Positions 1-12,043 of a stretch of DNA of 64,000 nt are shown here, in pieces. Positions within the stretch are counted from its first letter, which is position 1, and each line of letters starts with the position of its first letter. This stretch comes from Opitutia bacterium (GTDB lineage Bacteria; Verrucomicrobiota; Verrucomicrobiia; Opitutales; T3Sed10-336), in contig JBJHCF010000015.1 of the NCBI GenBank assembly GCA_050506795.1, positions 33,030 through 97,029 of the forward strand. The letters run 5' to 3'. The notes below the pieces were generated by a model that saw nothing but the letters and a program-made list of their open reading frames with translations, ran no database searches and had not been told where the DNA came from. A program made the position numbers and the translations under genes.

Positions 1-86
1 TCGACCATTTCACGCACAATCTCAGCGTCTTCGGCTAAGAGAATGGTTTTATCGCGACTGGCGTGTTTTTTGGCTGCTGCATTCAT
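1..86 (-). CDS. Response regulator receiver-domain protein, N-terminal part (runs off the window)
   Basis: Manual translation MNAAAKKHASRDKTILLAEDAEIVREMV; ILLAED is a typical receiver beta1/acidic pocket. Confidence 0.7.
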   Translation of the reverse strand, partial: MNAAAKKHASRDKTILLAEDAEIVREMV

Positions 87-246
87 TGGCTCTGTCAGGC
101 AAACCTTGGAGGGAATGAGGAGCGTGACGATGTTAAACTTGGATCAATTAACAAATTAATTACACAATCGCGGGTCAATTCGATTTGAATTGTTTCTTCA
201 AATCACTTTCGGTGTCCGGTCCTGATGCCGCCCATTGCATCCCGCC

Positions 247-2214
247 TCAGCGCGGCGGTCCGTTGCCGGCAACGTATTGATCGTGGAGGATCTGTATGCC
301 CAGCAAGTGATTGAGAAGGGCGTCCTTGCGGGTGAGCGAAACGGAATCGGTGTCGGCTTCGTACTCTTTCATGAAACTTTCGATTTTCGCGGGATCCAGG
401 AGGCCCGCTTCCTCCACCTTTTCCCGGCAAAGGTAGAGATCGGTGAGTTTGGCCAAAGCCGTTTGCTTCTTCTTTTCCGTGTGGCCGGGAGGCGCCATAA
501 AGGCGAATTTCTCCCGTTTATAAAGCACCTCTGGGAGGACGCCTTTCATGGCTTCACGCAGAACCCACTTTTCAATATTGCCTTGGATGCGTAAACCGGG
601 GGGGACCTGCACCGCCGCTTCGGCCACGTGGTGGTCGAGGAAGGCGGGGCGGGATTCCATGGAATTGGCCATGTCGACCCGGTCTCCACCCCAGTTGAGG
701 ATTTGCCCCTCCAACATCGTTTTGCTCCAGGTGTATTGGGCGATGTCGAGCGGGTGCCTGCCCTCGATCTGGGAGGGGTTCAGGGTTGCGGCGATGGCGT
801 CGATGGGATCGTAGTCGCCGATCTCCTCCAGCGCTCCGCGGCTCAGCAGGGGACGGGCCAACTCCAGCGTGGCCATCCAGGGCTGAATCCACGACGGCGT
901 GAAGCCGCAAAGCTCGTCGAACGAGGGGTGGTGGGCCTGGACCTCCGCCAGAATGGCCCCCTTGAAAATCCGGTTGCTCTTTTCCAGCGCCCGGTGGAAG
1001 GACTCCACCACCTCGGGGGGTTCGTCCTTGAGGCCGTGCATGAACATGTCGCGTTTGAACGACGGGTAGCCTCCGAAAAGTTCGTCGGCCCCTTCTCCGG
1101 TCACCACGCTCTTATAACCGGCCTCGCGCACGTGACGGCTCATGCAGAACTTGGCCACCCCCAGAGTATTGTAGAAGGTCCGTTCCGCGTGGTACATGGT
1201 GCGGAGGTAATTGTCGCCGTAAAGATCCTCCGCATTCAGGCGAATGAGGTCCTGCTCGGCGTTCATGCTTTCCGCCATTTGGGTCGCGATGACGGCCTCA
1301 TCGTAATCGTCGCTGTCGAAACTGATGGTGAAGGCTTTGACCGGGGCCTGCTGGGCGCCGCTGGCCAGGCCGAGAATCGAACAGCTGTCGATACCGCCGG
1401 AGAGGTAACAACCCACGGGGACATCGGCTTCCAGGCGAAAGGTGACGGATTTGACCAACTCTTCGCGAATGCGCAGAATGTGTTCTTCCGGCGTAATCGC
1501 CGTGTCGCGCTCCTCGGGGAGCGGAAAATTCATATCCCAGTAGCATTGGTCCTCGATTTCCAGGCGTCCGTTCCGGCGCTGGACAATCAGCATGTGTCCG
1601 GGACGCAGGGCCTGGATGCCTTCGAAGGCGCTGGTTCCCGGCACCATGGTGTGCATGAGTTGGTGCAGGGCGGCTTTGCGGTCGAGTTTGCAGGGAACTT
1701 CGGGGTGCGCCAGCAGGGACTTGACCTCGGAGCCGTAGAATAGAGCGCCATCCTGTACGTGATAAAAAAGCGGCCGTACGCCAAAGCGATCCCGCACGAG
1801 AATCATGCGGTCCCGGGCCTGGTCGTAGAGGACGAAGGCGAACTCACCGCGCAGCTTGTGCACGAAGTCCAATCCCATGCGCTGGTAATAGTGTATGGCG
1901 ATCTCGCTGTCCGAGCGGGTGCGGAAACGCGCGCCGTCCGCCATCAGCGAAGCCCGGTGACGCTTGTAGTCGTAGAACTCCCCGTTGGCCGTGAGTACGA
2001 TCTCGCCGGAGTGCGAGCACATCGGCTGGCTGCCGGTGTGCAGGTCAATGATGGTGAGCCGGGCGTGGCCCAGGGCGAGACCGCGTTCGGCGTCGATATG
2101 CATGCCGGTGCCGTCGGGACCGCGGTGGTGAATCGATTTCACCATCGCCTGTAATTCCTGCTCCGCCCCGGCGTCGAGGCCCTTTGCTTTCCAGAATCCG
2201 GTTATTCCGCACAT
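247..2214 (-). CDS. asnB: Asparagine synthase (glutamine-hydrolysing) family amidotransferase
   Basis: Starts MCGITG (Ntn Cys2); HRGPD, RDRFGVRPLFY and LSGGIDS motifs; start set at ATG 2214. Confidence 0.92.
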   Translation of the reverse strand: MCGITGFWKAKGLDAGAEQELQAMVKSIHHRGPDGTGMHIDAERGLALGHARLTIIDLHTGSQPMCSHSGEIVLTANGEFYDYKRHRASLMADGARFRTRSDSEIAIHYYQRMGLDFVHKLRGEFAFVLYDQARDRMILVRDRFGVRPLFYHVQDGALFYGSEVKSLLAHPEVPCKLDRKAALHQLMHTMVPGTSAFEGIQALRPGHMLIVQRRNGRLEIEDQCYWDMNFPLPEERDTAITPEEHILRIREELVKSVTFRLEADVPVGCYLSGGIDSCSILGLASGAQQAPVKAFTISFDSDDYDEAVIATQMAESMNAEQDLIRLNAEDLYGDNYLRTMYHAERTFYNTLGVAKFCMSRHVREAGYKSVVTGEGADELFGGYPSFKRDMFMHGLKDEPPEVVESFHRALEKSNRIFKGAILAEVQAHHPSFDELCGFTPSWIQPWMATLELARPLLSRGALEEIGDYDPIDAIAATLNPSQIEGRHPLDIAQYTWSKTMLEGQILNWGGDRVDMANSMESRPAFLDHHVAEAAVQVPPGLRIQGNIEKWVLREAMKGVLPEVLYKREKFAFMAPPGHTEKKKQTALAKLTDLYLCREKVEEAGLLDPAKIESFMKEYEADTDSVSLTRKDALLNHLLGIQILHDQYVAGNGPPR

Positions 2215-2304
2215 TTGATCAAAATAATTGAGTTCAGTCGCCGGTGCCAAGCTTCCTCTGGAACTCGGGGGCCGGCGATTTCGGGTGAATTCGGTTGAAA
2301 CGGA

Positions 2305-3429
2305 TCAGCTCAGCGGAATGCCGTCGGGCAGCCGGTCGAAGCGGTCAAAGACCGCGGTGAGAAGCGCCTGCCGCACGAACACCGCCCCGTGGGCCTGCGC
2401 GAAGTAAAGGTTGTGGTTGGTGTCATCGAGGCTGGTATCCAGCTCGGTGAGACGCGCAAGCGGGTGCATGATGACCGCCTCCTTTTTCAGCTGACTTGTC
2501 CCGTCAAGTTTGTTTTGGCTGTCCAGGGTGTGATAACTGCCACCGAGGTGGGCGATGGAATTGAGATATATCACGTCCAGATCGGAAACCAGTTCGCCGA
2601 TGGAATTGGACTCGTTGAACTCGATGCCGGCGGCCTCGATATCGTGTCTCAGTTCCGGTCCGAGGGGATCGGCCATTTCCGAAATGACGCTGATGCGGCG
2701 GAAATTCTCCTCGAAAAGAAGCGACATGAGCAGGAAGCTCTTGACCGCGCGCATGCTGCCCGGGGTGCCCATGATGCCCAGATGGAGGCCGCCGTTACGT
2801 TTTCTTCCCTTGGCGTCGGCCAGTGCCGGGTTCCATTTGAGCAGTGCGTACCAGTCGGCCAGGGCCTGGGTGGGGTGTTCGCCCGAGCCGTTGCCCGCGT
2901 TGATCAGCGGGATACGCAGGTTCTTGCGAATGAGGTCGAGCGAATCGGTTTCGGTGTGACGCATGATCACGAGGTCGCCGTAGGCATTGAACATCTCGCC
3001 GATATCGCCCAGCGATTCGCCTTTCTTGACCCCGGTGATGGCGGCGTCCGGGATACTGATGATCTTTCCGTCGAGCCGTAGAGTGGCGCTTTCAAAAGAG
3101 GTCCGGGTGCGGGTGCTGGCTTCGAAGAAGGCGGTAATCACGATCTTGCCGTCCAGCAAATGGTAGGGCGCGATCTCCATCACTTCCAACAATGCGGCGA
3201 AACGGCACAGTTCAACCACCGTTTTGCGGTCGAAGTCCTTAACCGAAAGAATGGATTTTCCACTGAGATTCCGCAGGATCTTGAGGTCGATCGGCCGGTC
3301 GCCGAGCAGGTGCCTCGGGTCGGGTCTCAGGGTTTGGGAATCGGCGGGCGGTTCCAGTGCTTTGGTGCTTTGATTGGCCGGAAGGATGGAACCTGTCGCG
3401 GCGGATTTTCTGGTGACGTTTTTTTTCAT
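2305..3429 (-). CDS. Aspartate/ornithine carbamoyltransferase family protein, non-canonical PyrB-like
   Basis: FFEASTRT, KKGES, MRH, HPTQ and HPL motifs; lacks the ATCase R-x-Q motif. Confidence 0.88.
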   Translation of the reverse strand: MKKNVTRKSAATGSILPANQSTKALEPPADSQTLRPDPRHLLGDRPIDLKILRNLSGKSILSVKDFDRKTVVELCRFAALLEVMEIAPYHLLDGKIVITAFFEASTRTRTSFESATLRLDGKIISIPDAAITGVKKGESLGDIGEMFNAYGDLVIMRHTETDSLDLIRKNLRIPLINAGNGSGEHPTQALADWYALLKWNPALADAKGRKRNGGLHLGIMGTPGSMRAVKSFLLMSLLFEENFRRISVISEMADPLGPELRHDIEAAGIEFNESNSIGELVSDLDVIYLNSIAHLGGSYHTLDSQNKLDGTSQLKKEAVIMHPLARLTELDTSLDDTNHNLYFAQAHGAVFVRQALLTAVFDRFDRLPDGIPLS

Positions 3430-3512
3430 CAGGATGCTGAAAATAAAATTGGTGCCATGTTAAATGGTGTTGAAGGTCGATGGTTCCGGATTTCCCTGGC
3501 CGGGACGGAGGT

Positions 3513-3638
3513 TTACCAGATCTGTTTGCGCAGATAGTCGACCAGAATCATCAGGAGCAGGATGAGGGCCGCGAGTCCGGTTAAGACCAGTGATCCGATA
3601 ATTAAAAGCTGCAGCACGGGAGCGGGATAGTAGATCAT
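3513..3638 (-). CDS. Small single-TM membrane protein (41 aa)
   Basis: MIYYPAPVLQLLIIGSLVLTGLAALILLLMILVDYLRKQIW; its ATG overlaps the symporter TGA (ATGA). Confidence 0.7.
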   Translation of the reverse strand: MIYYPAPVLQLLIIGSLVLTGLAALILLLMILVDYLRKQIW

Positions 3639-5104
3639 TGCAGAGTCCCTTTCCTGAGTTCTTCGTTGGATTCGTTCAGCCTGGCCCAATCGAAATCATG
3701 GGGCCACGTGAGCGTACTGAACAAGGTGATGGTCATGGAAACGGCCGCCCCCACGAGCGCGCCCGAATACCAGCCGATTCCGAAATAGGCCCAGAGGCCA
3801 AGGCCGCTTCCCAGGACCATTGCGGCAATCACGCCCCAGGGATTGGTTTTTCGCCAGAACAGCCCGGCCGCCACCGGCCAGATCACCGCCCCGACCAGCG
3901 GGCCGGCGGCGAAGAGGAGTTGGGCCAGGGTCGCTTCGAAGACTGTGATGTTGAGGATACAGACCAGCCAGGTGGCGAATCCGAGACCCGCGATTATGAC
4001 GATGGATGCGGTGCGGAGATGGCGTTCGCCGGGCTGGGATGCGATTCCCTTGCGGTAAATGTCTTCCGTGATCAGGTCGGAGGTGGCGGCCAGCAGACTG
4101 TCTATGCTGGAGGCCAGAGAGCAGAAGAGGACGATAAAAATAATCACCGCGCCGGCCGCACCGAGCACCTCGCTGGCCGCCAGGGGGCCGAGCATGTCGG
4201 GTCGCGGCAGGTTGATGCCGAGCGAATCGCTGGAGAGCGCGACGAATCCTACCGCGATGGGGATGGGCAGCCAAAAGAGGCCGCCCAGCAGGTAGGCCTT
4301 GAACGCGACCCCCTTTCGCATGGCAAAGGCCCGGCTCCACCAGACGTTGTTATGAAAGATCTCTCCGAAACCGAAGAGCATGTTGTTGAAAAAGGCGATG
4401 ATCGCCGCCGGCAAAAGCACGTAGAGCAGGGCGGGTTGGTCGGCCATGACCGTGGTGTAAGTCGCGTCGAAATCGATGCGGTGGTAGATCACCGCGCCCA
4501 CGATTACCACGCCGACCAGAATGATGATACTTTGAATGAAGTCGGTGCCGATGACCGCATAAAGTCCGCCAAAGAGGGTGTAGAGCACACAGACCAGCAA
4601 GATAACGGTCATGCCGAGCGGAATCGGAATCCCCGCCACGGCATTCATTAGCAAGCCTCCCGCCATGGCCATGGTCAACAGCCAGGCGAAACTGTAGAAG
4701 AGAGAAATCAAGAGAAAGATCACCCAGGCCAATCGACCGAACCGCAGGCGAATGAAATCGCCGCTGGTTAATCCATTGGGCATGATGCGGCGGATACGGC
4801 GGGCCATGGGCGCGAAGAGAAACAGACCGAAGCAGGCGGTGGAGTACCCGAGCATGCCCCAGACGCCCAGTTCCAGTGCGAATTGCGGCGCCAGCATGGT
4901 GGTGTTCGAGGTGATCCAGGTCGCCATTGCGGTGGCGGCTCCGAGGGCCAGGCCCACGTTGCGTCCGGCCACCATGTAACCGTCCATGTTCTTCGCCTTC
5001 CGGCCCCACAGGACGCCCAGGAACACCCAGAGTACGCCCAGTGCGCCCAGCAACACCCAGCCGGTTTGCGTGGAAAGGACCGCGGTTTCATGGCCGGCGT
5101 TCAT
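3635..5104 (-). CDS. Sodium:solute symporter family protein (urea/proline transporter-like)
   Basis: Multi-TM; YMVAGRNVG, YTLFGGLYAVIGTDFIQ, SSIDSLL; ATGA overlap with upstream gene. Confidence 0.9.
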   Translation of the reverse strand: MNAGHETAVLSTQTGWVLLGALGVLWVFLGVLWGRKAKNMDGYMVAGRNVGLALGAATAMATWITSNTTMLAPQFALELGVWGMLGYSTACFGLFLFAPMARRIRRIMPNGLTSGDFIRLRFGRLAWVIFLLISLFYSFAWLLTMAMAGGLLMNAVAGIPIPLGMTVILLVCVLYTLFGGLYAVIGTDFIQSIIILVGVVIVGAVIYHRIDFDATYTTVMADQPALLYVLLPAAIIAFFNNMLFGFGEIFHNNVWWSRAFAMRKGVAFKAYLLGGLFWLPIPIAVGFVALSSDSLGINLPRPDMLGPLAASEVLGAAGAVIIFIVLFCSLASSIDSLLAATSDLITEDIYRKGIASQPGERHLRTASIVIIAGLGFATWLVCILNITVFEATLAQLLFAAGPLVGAVIWPVAAGLFWRKTNPWGVIAAMVLGSGLGLWAYFGIGWYSGALVGAAVSMTITLFSTLTWPHDFDWARLNESNEELRKGTLQ

Positions 5105-5793
5105 GACGAATTCTCCTCTTCTCGCGCTTCCTCGCGGTCTTTGCGGCTGCCCGCCACCACGAGGACCAGGGTCGCCAGGACCACGATTCCGCCAATGGCG
5201 AACAACAGAATCGCGTCCCGCATTGATTGATACGTTATCCGGACCTGCAGCGGACGACTCCATTCGCCCGGCGGTCCGTCGTCAACCGCCGCGCGGACGC
5301 GGAAGTAAACCTCCCCTTCCGGCAGACCTCCCCGAAACGAAGTCCGATCCTGTCCTTCGTAAAGGGTTCGGGCCTCGCTGAAATCGGCAGACGCGGATTG
5401 TTGGAGCGTAAAGATCCTAATCTGGCCGTCGGGGGTTTCCTCCTCCCCGTCGATAGACCAGGACAGGCTGACGTGGGGAACGTTGGTTTCCATGACATCG
5501 ACCACGGTTCCGTCGACCTCGGCTTCGCCGGGTTCGTCGATCCCAAAAACGGCCCGGGGCCCCTGCGTTTCGTCCGCCGCGAGGGGAAACCTTGGGATCA
5601 CGGTCAGGCAAAGGATCAAGGCGCAGGTCGCAAGGCGTTGCGGGAGGGGGCGGGGGTAGGGGCTTCGGCCGCCCCCGGAAGGCTGCGGACGGTATTCCAC
5701 TTTGGCGTTGAACGTTGCGTTGGAAAAAAAGATGGACGGGCTCCTTTCAGCGTACGAGAGAACAGGAAACAGAATTGTGCCGAAAAGTAACAC
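5101..5793 (-). CDS. Exported FN3-like domain protein with C-terminal TM helix (start uncertain)
   Basis: Signal-like stretch; VSLSW...GLPEGEVYFRVRA...GEWS fibronectin-III pattern; hydrophobic C-terminus; coupled to the symporter. Confidence 0.65.
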   Translation of the reverse strand: MLLFGTILFPVLSYAERSPSIFFSNATFNAKVEYRPQPSGGGRSPYPRPLPQRLATCALILCLTVIPRFPLAADETQGPRAVFGIDEPGEAEVDGTVVDVMETNVPHVSLSWSIDGEEETPDGQIRIFTLQQSASADFSEARTLYEGQDRTSFRGGLPEGEVYFRVRAAVDDGPPGEWSRPLQVRITYQSMRDAILLFAIGGIVVLATLVLVVAGSRKDREEAREEENSS

Positions 5794-5987
5794 CTTATGC
5801 CACGAACCGGAGACCGGTTCAACCGAAAACTGCAGGGAGGCTCCTGCGGGGGGGGTCGTGCGGCGCCGTTGAGCCGAGGGTATAGGCAGACGAAACGAGC
5901 GGACTCAAGGCCGAAGCAAACCGTTGAAATCAAATACGTTCTGTTGCCAGCACGGACGAGGAAGGGGGGCGGTTTCCGGTGTGAAGT

Positions 5988-7340
5988 TCAGTCCTCCGAT
6001 CGGACCGGGAGGTCGCCGTCGGCGAATTGATTGATCAGTCGGGTTCCCGGTGAGATTCCCTCCCGGCGCGACAGCGGGACGCCGTTTTCGTCGCGTACCA
6101 GAACGAATCCGCGCTGGAGAACGGAATCCGGCCCCAGGGTTTGCAGTCGTTTTCCGAGGTGAATCATTTTTTCGCGCCGGGCGGGAAGTTCGGTGGCCAT
6201 GAGGCGTTCGAAGCGGGCCCGCAGAGCGGAATAGCTCGCCACCGCCAGATTAAGGCGATGGGAGGGCAACGATTGATCGAATCGCGACCGCAGTTCCGCG
6301 GTCAGGCTCTTTTTCTCCCAGAGAACCGCTTTGGCGCCCGCATGCAGGCGGTTTGCCAGGTCGTCCAGACGCAAGTACCCGTTTTCGATCCGGTTTACCG
6401 GGGAAACGCTCTGCAGGCGGTGGTGCAGCAGTTTCAATTCGCGTGCGCACGTTTCGAGGCGAAGGTCGACCTTTTCCCGCAGCCGGTCACGCGCCGCGGC
6501 CAGGCGGTCACGGCATTCGATGAAACCGCTGGAAATCACTTCCGCCGCGGCGGAGGGGGTTTCCGCCCGCAGGTCGGCCGCGAAATCACAAAGAGTGAAG
6601 TCGATTTCGTGCCCGACCGCGGAAACCACGGGCAGGGGACAGGCCGCCACCGCGCGAGCCAGGATTTCCTCGTTGAAGGGCCAAAGGTCCTCCAGGCTAC
6701 CTCCTCCTCGACCGATCACCAGGGCGTCGAGAAAAGGCAGACTGGCCGCGTATTTCAACATGGAGACCATCTCGGCGGCCGCTTCCGCCCCCTGGACCCG
6801 TACCGGCATCAGGATGAGGCGTCCCCACCATCCGCGCCGTTTCAGGATTCGCAGGAAATCCTGGGCCGCCGCGCCGGTAGGGGAGGTGATGAATCCGACT
6901 GTGGACGGAATCTTGGGGATGGGGCGTTTGTTGGCAGAATCGAAAAGCCCTTCCGCCGCCAGTTTCCTTTTGAGGCGCTCGAATTCCATCTGCAAGCGCC
7001 CCTGACCGTCCTCCTGCAATTGCCGGACGATGAGTTGGTAGGCGCCCCGCGGTTCGTACACGTTCACCGCTCCCTGTGCCAGAACCTGTATTCCGTCGCG
7101 CAGCGTCGCCCCGGTTCGGGCCGCGTCGCCCCGAAATAAAACGCAGGGAAGCTGACTGCCCGCGTCCTTGAGCGAGAAATAGCAGTGCCCGCTGCTTTGC
7201 CGTCGAAAATTCGAAATCTCCCCCCGCACCCACACCTCCGGCAAGGACGTTTCCAGGAGCGCCTTGATGCGCCGGGTAAACTCCGTAATGGTCAGCGGGC
7301 GATCCGTGGTGTCGGTTGGCAGGTAAAAGTCGGTAGGCAT
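5988..7340 (-). CDS. xseA: Exodeoxyribonuclease VII large subunit
   Basis: VWVRGEISNF, GHCYFSLKD, RGGGSLEDLWPFN, GHEIDFTL, ETPSAAAE. Confidence 0.96.
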   Translation of the reverse strand: MPTDFYLPTDTTDRPLTITEFTRRIKALLETSLPEVWVRGEISNFRRQSSGHCYFSLKDAGSQLPCVLFRGDAARTGATLRDGIQVLAQGAVNVYEPRGAYQLIVRQLQEDGQGRLQMEFERLKRKLAAEGLFDSANKRPIPKIPSTVGFITSPTGAAAQDFLRILKRRGWWGRLILMPVRVQGAEAAAEMVSMLKYAASLPFLDALVIGRGGGSLEDLWPFNEEILARAVAACPLPVVSAVGHEIDFTLCDFAADLRAETPSAAAEVISSGFIECRDRLAAARDRLREKVDLRLETCARELKLLHHRLQSVSPVNRIENGYLRLDDLANRLHAGAKAVLWEKKSLTAELRSRFDQSLPSHRLNLAVASYSALRARFERLMATELPARREKMIHLGKRLQTLGPDSVLQRGFVLVRDENGVPLSRREGISPGTRLINQFADGDLPVRSED

Positions 7341-7350
7341 GGGGGGCGAT

Positions 7351-7557
7351 TCTTTGTTCTTTGTTCCTGGTGCTTTGTTCCTGGTTCTTGGTTCCTGGTT
7401 TTTTGCTTGGGAGAGTGGAGCGAGTTTTGAGGGGTGGGTTTCTGATCGTCAATGGCCTGTTTGCGATTGTTCACATCATTAACCATCGGTACAACCAACA
7501 ACAAAGAACCAAGAAACAAGAACCAGGAACCATGGAACCGAGAACCAGGAACAAGGG
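7351..7557. repeat. Two inverted arrays of degenerate heptamers (TCYTKGT-like x7 at 7351-7399; complementary ACCARGA-like x~8 at 7501-7557)
   Basis: Read directly from the sequence. Confidence 0.8.
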
Positions 7558-7847
7558 AAGCCGGCAATCGGGTAAACCGAAGACTAGTTTTGGGCAAAAT
7601 TCGCCGAGACGGTTCCGCGGCTCTCCAGTATTCAGAATGAGATGGGGATAACCAGTCGCTGGGAAAAAATATGGACCGAGGCAAGCCGGCGTGTTAGCGT
7701 CCGGACTCGTTTCGCATTGACTGGGCGTGTTTTCGGAGAATGACCGACAGTTCCGAAGCCCGCGGCCCTTCACGGGCCCCCATGATTGCCGGCCTTCCGC
7801 CTCATGGCGAATGACTTTTGATCCATAATCACACGAGGACATCAAAT

Positions 7848-9836
<1,989 letters not shown>

Positions 9837-9994
9837 GCGGTTGACTTGCGGGGGTGGGAGCGTAGCGAGCGGGAGAACGGGTGAGGGGCGAACGGCAACT
9901 GCTGCCGCCCCGATCCCCGCTCCGCTCAATTTCCGTTTACGGTCAGGGAAACCGGTGTGCCAAGGGTAACGATTATCTGATATCGGATAACCGG

Positions 9995-10276
9995 TTACCC
10001 TTTCCGCACCTTTTCTTTCCGCTCTTCCCGTTCCTCTTCCAGGCGGGCCTTTTCATTGGCCAACTGCTTCTTGATCTTTTCGGCCTCTTCGAACTCTCCC
10101 TTTTTCAGAGCATCGGCCAGATGCTTTTGCAGGAAGATTTCCCGTTCGGCGATCTTGGCCGACATGGTTCGGTCGATTTCCGCCAGGGCTTCTTTTTGTT
10201 CCTCGGTCAGCGGTTTGGCCGCTTCCGGATCCGTCACCTGCAGGCGTTCCATTGCCAATTCGTAAGCACTTTTCAT
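9995..10276 (-). CDS. Hypothetical coiled-coil protein (93 aa)
   Basis: ATG-started, charged helical ORF MKSAYELAMERL..., directly downstream of comEC. Confidence 0.8.
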   Translation of the reverse strand: MKSAYELAMERLQVTDPEAAKPLTEEQKEALAEIDRTMSAKIAEREIFLQKHLADALKKGEFEEAEKIKKQLANEKARLEEEREERKEKVRKG

Positions 10277-10291
10277 CCTGTGAACGATCCG

Positions 10292-11959
10292 TTACTGCAC
10301 GGGAAATGTCAATCGCACCCCCAGGGCCACCAGGATTCCGACCACCAGGAACGGGAGGGTGGCGTTGATCCAGGAGGGGCGACCGCGCCGTTCGGCGTAA
10401 AGCAGCAGGCTGCCAAGGAGCGCCGCGGTGGTGGCGCCCGCGAGGAGATCGTGACGGTATTCCGCGCTCCAAAAATGGATGGGAAAATACTGCCAGGTTC
10501 CGACCGCGGCCTCCATAATCACGATCACCAGCCAACCGGCGTGATTGAAGAGCGAAGCCAGGGGCGCCAGGCCCAGAAGTCCGAGGGCCAGTGCCAGCAT
10601 CCCGGCCGAGATCACCAGGGAGGCCAGACTGACGAGGATAATGTTCAATACCACCGCGCCCGGGGCGAAGACGTTGAAGTAGTGGATGCTTAAGGGACTG
10701 CTGGCCAGGGTGGCGGTCAGACTTACGGCGGCTGTGACCAGAAAGAATCCGAGACAGTCCTCGATCACACGGTGGGTGCGGCTGAGGTCGTTTGCCGGCA
10801 ACCACCCGAACAGGCGGCACCTGGCCTTCCAGTGCTCGGAAATCGGTATGCCGAGCAGCAGAATGGCGGTGACCACAGTGTAGGAAAGCTGGAAACCGGC
10901 GTTCCAAAGTTGGTGGGGAAATAGCAACAACACACACACTGCGGAACAACCCAGGGCGGAAACGGGGTTTCCAGGACGGGCAAACAACGACGAACTCCAG
11001 AAAAAGGCGACCATGATGTAAGCCCTGACCGCTGAAGGCGCGCCGCCGGTGACCTCCACGTAAAACAGCAGCAGACCCAGCCCGATCATCGCCGCGGGCA
11101 GGGGTGGCGTGCGGGCCAGGGTCAGGATCGAATGCAGGGCGAAGGCGATGACCCCGATGTGGAGCCCGCTGATAGCGAAGAGATGCAGCGTGCCGGTTCG
11201 GGTGAAAGCATCGCGTTGTGAATCCTCCAATACATGACGTTTTCCCAGCAGCATGGCCACGTAAACGCGGACATGTCCGGCGGCATTATCCCGCGCTCCC
11301 TGACGCAGGTGGGCGGCAAAACGGTCGCGGTAATCGCGACAAAATCGAAAAAAACTCCGGGCCGGCCGGGTTTGTTCCGGAGGAGGACCGCGCCCAAAGC
11401 GAAACTGAACGCCCGATTGCTGCAAAAACCGGGAAAAACCGTCGTCGTAAGTCTCCTCCAACGGGATCGACTCCAGGACGCCTCGGGTGCTCAGCCGTGC
11501 GGTCCGGGCGGGCGACGGCGAACCGGGATTTAGGCCAAAGGAAAAATGCAACTTTGAACCCACCAGGTCCTCGAGAACCGGCGGCGTGGCGGTGATACGA
11601 CCGATGCCGGAAATCCGTTCCGGGTCCGCGGAAGCGAAAACTCGCTCGACTTGAAATTCCAGTTGGGCTTCCCGGGGCGGCAACGTATCCCATTCCGGCA
11701 GGCGGCCGTGGCGGTGCTGGTAATAGGCGAACGACAGGCAAAAGGCGGCGCCGGAAAAACAGGCCGTCCAGGCGAGTCCCGCGGATGCAGGACGGCCGCG
11801 CCGGTCGAAAATCAACAGCGTCGCGGCCAGTGCCAGCAACACTCCCAGGGCCAGCGCGGTGGCCGGGAATCCAAAAACCAAATACTCCGCCGCGCTGTAC
11901 CCGGCGATCAGGGGCAGCAGCAGTCGAAGGATCGGACAACGGTGGTTGACGGGGCGCAT
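10292..11959 (-). CDS. comEC: ComEC/Rec2 family competence protein (no C-terminal beta-lactamase domain)
   Basis: TGTLHLFAISGLHIG, PSAVRA, GFQLSY. Confidence 0.9.
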   Translation of the reverse strand: MRPVNHRCPILRLLLPLIAGYSAAEYLVFGFPATALALGVLLALAATLLIFDRRGRPASAGLAWTACFSGAAFCLSFAYYQHRHGRLPEWDTLPPREAQLEFQVERVFASADPERISGIGRITATPPVLEDLVGSKLHFSFGLNPGSPSPARTARLSTRGVLESIPLEETYDDGFSRFLQQSGVQFRFGRGPPPEQTRPARSFFRFCRDYRDRFAAHLRQGARDNAAGHVRVYVAMLLGKRHVLEDSQRDAFTRTGTLHLFAISGLHIGVIAFALHSILTLARTPPLPAAMIGLGLLLFYVEVTGGAPSAVRAYIMVAFFWSSSLFARPGNPVSALGCSAVCVLLLFPHQLWNAGFQLSYTVVTAILLLGIPISEHWKARCRLFGWLPANDLSRTHRVIEDCLGFFLVTAAVSLTATLASSPLSIHYFNVFAPGAVVLNIILVSLASLVISAGMLALALGLLGLAPLASLFNHAGWLVIVIMEAAVGTWQYFPIHFWSAEYRHDLLAGATTAALLGSLLLYAERRGRPSWINATLPFLVVGILVALGVRLTFPVQ

Positions 11960-12043
11960 AGGGGTGGTGCGGGGGAATCATTCCCAGTCCAAAACGGCGG
12001 GCGCGTTCAAGGCAAGCCGCGAATCGCGGTCCTCTCCGGACAA

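Noticed and set aside
2305..3429. Calling this gene pyrB
   Set aside because: The aspartate-binding RxQ motif is missing and there is no pyrimidine gene context.
5793..5988. Riboswitch upstream of the symporter cluster
   Set aside because: Some short stems, but no riboswitch consensus I can recognise; an Rfam scan would be needed.
9964..10000. Imperfect palindrome at the end of the 93-aa gene
   Set aside because: Probably a terminator-like or incidental dyad between convergent genes, with no U-tract to support a call.
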